The translations under genes and the position numbers were made by a program. A stretch of DNA of 64,000 nucleotides, from NCBI GenBank assembly GCA_017430465.1, contig JAFRMZ010000276.1, positions 3,957 through 67,956 on the forward strand. The letters are read 5' to 3'. A model generated the notes under the pieces. The model made no database searches. It saw only the letters and a list, made by a program, of their open reading frames with translations, and was not told the DNA's origin. Shown piece after piece: positions 62,286 through 64,000 of this stretch. Position 1 is the stretch's first letter. Each line of letters begins with the position of its first letter. Source of the stretch: Oscillospiraceae bacterium (GTDB taxonomy: Bacteria; Bacillota; Clostridia; Oscillospirales; Ruminococcaceae).

Positions 62286-63138
62286 GAATGATACTGAAAA
62301 TTATCAGGCTTCCTGCGCCAAGCAGGGCAGTGATTCCGCTTGTGAAAGCGGTCTGTTTTGTGATGTATTGCAGATAGCCTGTCACTGCGGAATAAATCTG
62401 CAAGTCTTTTACAACAAATGCAGAAAAATAATCTGTCAGAAGAACATACAGGCACGGCACGCAAATGAGCAGTCCGGAAATCAGGGCAGTCAGCCCCAGC
62501 CAGTAGAAAAGTTCTGAAAACCGGCTTCTACAGCAAAATATCAGACAAAGCAGAATCACCGCCGTTGCAATGCATAATATAATCATGAGCTTCTGAAACA
62601 GATTCAGAAACAGCCGGAGTTTAGCAAACCAGCCGTGCTCGTAAATCGTCCCGAAACGAAACGTATCCGCAACAGCAAGAATTTTAGCTTCGGCTTCTTC
62701 CAGATTGGCCTGCACTTTCTGACGGAAAGTTTCATCTTTCTGAATATTGTTTGTATCCGCATACTGAGTGAAAAATTCTGTCACTGAAGTTTCAAGTTCA
62801 GTAAAATCCATCGTAATGGCATAACCGTCAGCAGGGGAATGCATCTGCCTGACAGCTTCCGAAACACCGGAGAGAATGCCTTGCTTCATGTCTTCCTGCG
62901 TGACGGCATTCAGATAGACCTCCGCCGGAATGCCGGTGCTGTTTGCTCTGGATTTGAAATAGCTTTCCAGAGTAGAATAGGCCTTTTCATCAAGTGCCTG
63001 CTGAACGGTGATTGTCTCGAATGTTTTGTAAGTCAGGGCTTTGTTCTGCACCAGAAGGGTGAGTTCCGTTCCGGCAAGCAGAAAAATCAGCAGAAATGTC
63101 AGTATGATTTTCGGAATATAAAGCTTGATTTTTGTCAT
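62260..63138 (-). CDS. hypothetical polytopic membrane protein, translationally coupled to the sortase
   Basis: 292 aa. N-terminal TM, ~150-aa extracytoplasmic helical region and 3-4 C-terminal TM helices. ATGA overlap with the sortase stop. Confidence 0.75.
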   Translation of the reverse strand: MTKIKLYIPKIILTFLLIFLLAGTELTLLVQNKALTYKTFETITVQQALDEKAYSTLESYFKSRANSTGIPAEVYLNAVTQEDMKQGILSGVSEAVRQMHSPADGYAITMDFTELETSVTEFFTQYADTNNIQKDETFRQKVQANLEEAEAKILAVADTFRFGTIYEHGWFAKLRLFLNLFQKLMIILCIATAVILLCLIFCCRSRFSELFYWLGLTALISGLLICVPCLYVLLTDYFSAFVVKDLQIYSAVTGYLQYITKQTAFTSGITALLGAGSLIIFSIIQKKQTTAD

Positions 63139-63845
63139 GGATTCGCCCCCTCTGCCGGATTGTAGAACTGCTTGCTGACAAGCGTGCAGACAACACCGGT
63201 TCTGTTGTCGGAAGTGCCGAGCACCTGTGCTTCGCAGGTATAGAGTGTCAGACGGTCATCTTCAGTGGGGAGAACGTATTTTTTATTTGTATTCAGAAAT
63301 TCTATTTTTTCAGATACTTCATAAGTAAAAATGCCGTAACTGGTGTAAAGCACGACAGTATTTCCGGTTTCAAGCCTGCCGAGGTCAGCAAAAAACGTGT
63401 TTACATGAGCATCAATGACAACATTTCCGGTTTCGCCTAGTACAGCGGAACTGCTCGCCTGACATGCACCCCGTTCCAGAAGTTCGGCAGTCGACCCCCA
63501 GTACACCGGAACAGAAAGCGAAATATCATCACATTTCAGAACAGCATACTGCTCACCGAATGACGGACGGATGATTTCACCTGTATCATAAAAATGCTGT
63601 TCTTCTACCGGAATGTCGGAAACGGGAGTCGTTTCGATATTGTTTTCTTTGATGACCAGTCCGTTCAGACCGGAAGAAGGCGAAATTTTCATGTTCTGGT
63701 CCATGAATAGGATGTTCAGATAAGTCTGCGCTTTTTCATAAGGCCTGATAAGTATACCGATACAGACGGCAATACATAGAATCAGCAGAAAAATTCCTGT
63801 CAGAAGATAAACCGGCAGTGAATTTTTATGTTTTTTATCTGCCAA
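63135..63845 (-). CDS. sortase family transpeptidase
   Basis: 236 aa. TTG start 6 nt after AAGGAGGA, N-terminal TM, catalytic His context VVIDAHV, Cys motif LTLYTCE and downstream Arg (NRTGVVC). Confidence 0.8.
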   Translation of the reverse strand: MADKKHKNSLPVYLLTGIFLLILCIAVCIGILIRPYEKAQTYLNILFMDQNMKISPSSGLNGLVIKENNIETTPVSDIPVEEQHFYDTGEIIRPSFGEQYAVLKCDDISLSVPVYWGSTAELLERGACQASSSAVLGETGNVVIDAHVNTFFADLGRLETGNTVVLYTSYGIFTYEVSEKIEFLNTNKKYVLPTEDDRLTLYTCEAQVLGTSDNRTGVVCTLVSKQFYNPAEGANP

Positions 63846-63866
63846 TAGAATCCTCCTTTCCGGATG

Positions 63867-64000
63867 TCAGGAATCCTGTTCCGTGTGCCGGATATACCAG
63901 TATAACCAGCCGAATCCGCCTGCGGAAATCAGAATTCCGATGCCGGCAAACAGCAAGGGCTTTGTATGAGAAATGCCGGTCTCATCAATCACGACACCGA
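63867..64000 (-). CDS. C-terminal end of a putative sortase substrate (5' part outside the window)
   Basis: Translation is ...GVVIDETGISHTKPLLFAGIGILISAGGFGWLYWYIRHTEQDS*. The layout is an xxETG motif, a hydrophobic segment, then basic residues, as in a cell-wall sorting signal, immediately upstream of the sortase. Confidence 0.5.
   Translation of the reverse strand, partial: GVVIDETGISHTKPLLFAGIGILISAGGFGWLYWYIRHTEQDS

Noticed and set aside
61673-62464. 263-aa minus-strand ORF
   Set aside because: It is antisense to the 3' part of the acyl-CoA synthetase gene and runs across the bidirectional terminator. It is out of frame with the supported membrane-protein gene 62260..63138.
1-64000. Mobile elements, prophage, defence islands, rRNA/tRNA genes
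   Set aside because: No transposase, integrase, recombinase, phage structural, restriction-modification, Cas or toxin-antitoxin signatures were recognised in any frame, and no tRNA-like cloverleaf or rRNA-like sequences. The only decay signatures are the two truncated genes listed as pseudogenes.

Overview
64-kb chromosomal segment of a low-GC Gram-positive anaerobe. It is most likely a Ruminococcus-like member of the Clostridia, inferred from dockerin-tagged secreted proteins, Gram-positive type IV pilus genes, a FabK-type fatty-acid cluster and strong GGAGG ribosome-binding sites. About 60 protein-coding genes are present. I recognised no rRNA, tRNA, CRISPR array, transposase or integrase. 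Left to right: (1) a GH74-like dockerin enzyme followed by three tandem dockerin proteins built from an unassigned module, plus a truncated S1B protease remnant. (2) A cell-envelope block: VanY-like DD-carboxypeptidase, FAD oxidoreductase with a large polytopic membrane protein, and a zinc-ribbon/PASTA protein whose kinase domain lacks the catalytic residues. (3) Housekeeping genes: YnbB-like PLP enzyme, GNAT, two M42 peptidases, murD. (4) A DtxR-like regulator and MIF-type tautomerase. (5) A three-gene COG0523 metallochaperone operon with a His-rich linker. (6) galK-galE and glgB. (7) A TetR regulator followed by a complete Gram-positive type IV pilus machinery: pilC, pilM-like fusion, pilO-like, an ~877-aa PilX_N-like giant, two minor pilins, divergent pilD, a stand-alone PilB N-domain paralogue, pilB, pilT. 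(8) polA-rimI-tsaD. (9) Three separately promoted pilin genes, one abutted to a Wzy_C/O-antigen-ligase-like protein. (10) cobO and an ECF sigma/anti-sigma pair. (11) fabH-acpP-fabK-fabD-fabG-fabF-fabZ-accD-accA without accB/accC, then an acyl-CoA synthetase. (12) A sortase locus with a non-canonical sorting signal at the window edge. The most interesting candidates are the pilin + Wzy_C module, the degenerate stand-alone MshEN-type domain, the giant pilus protein, the PASTA pseudokinase, the COG0523 operon and the unassigned dockerin-protein module family. All functional calls come from motif recognition by eye; no database search was possible.
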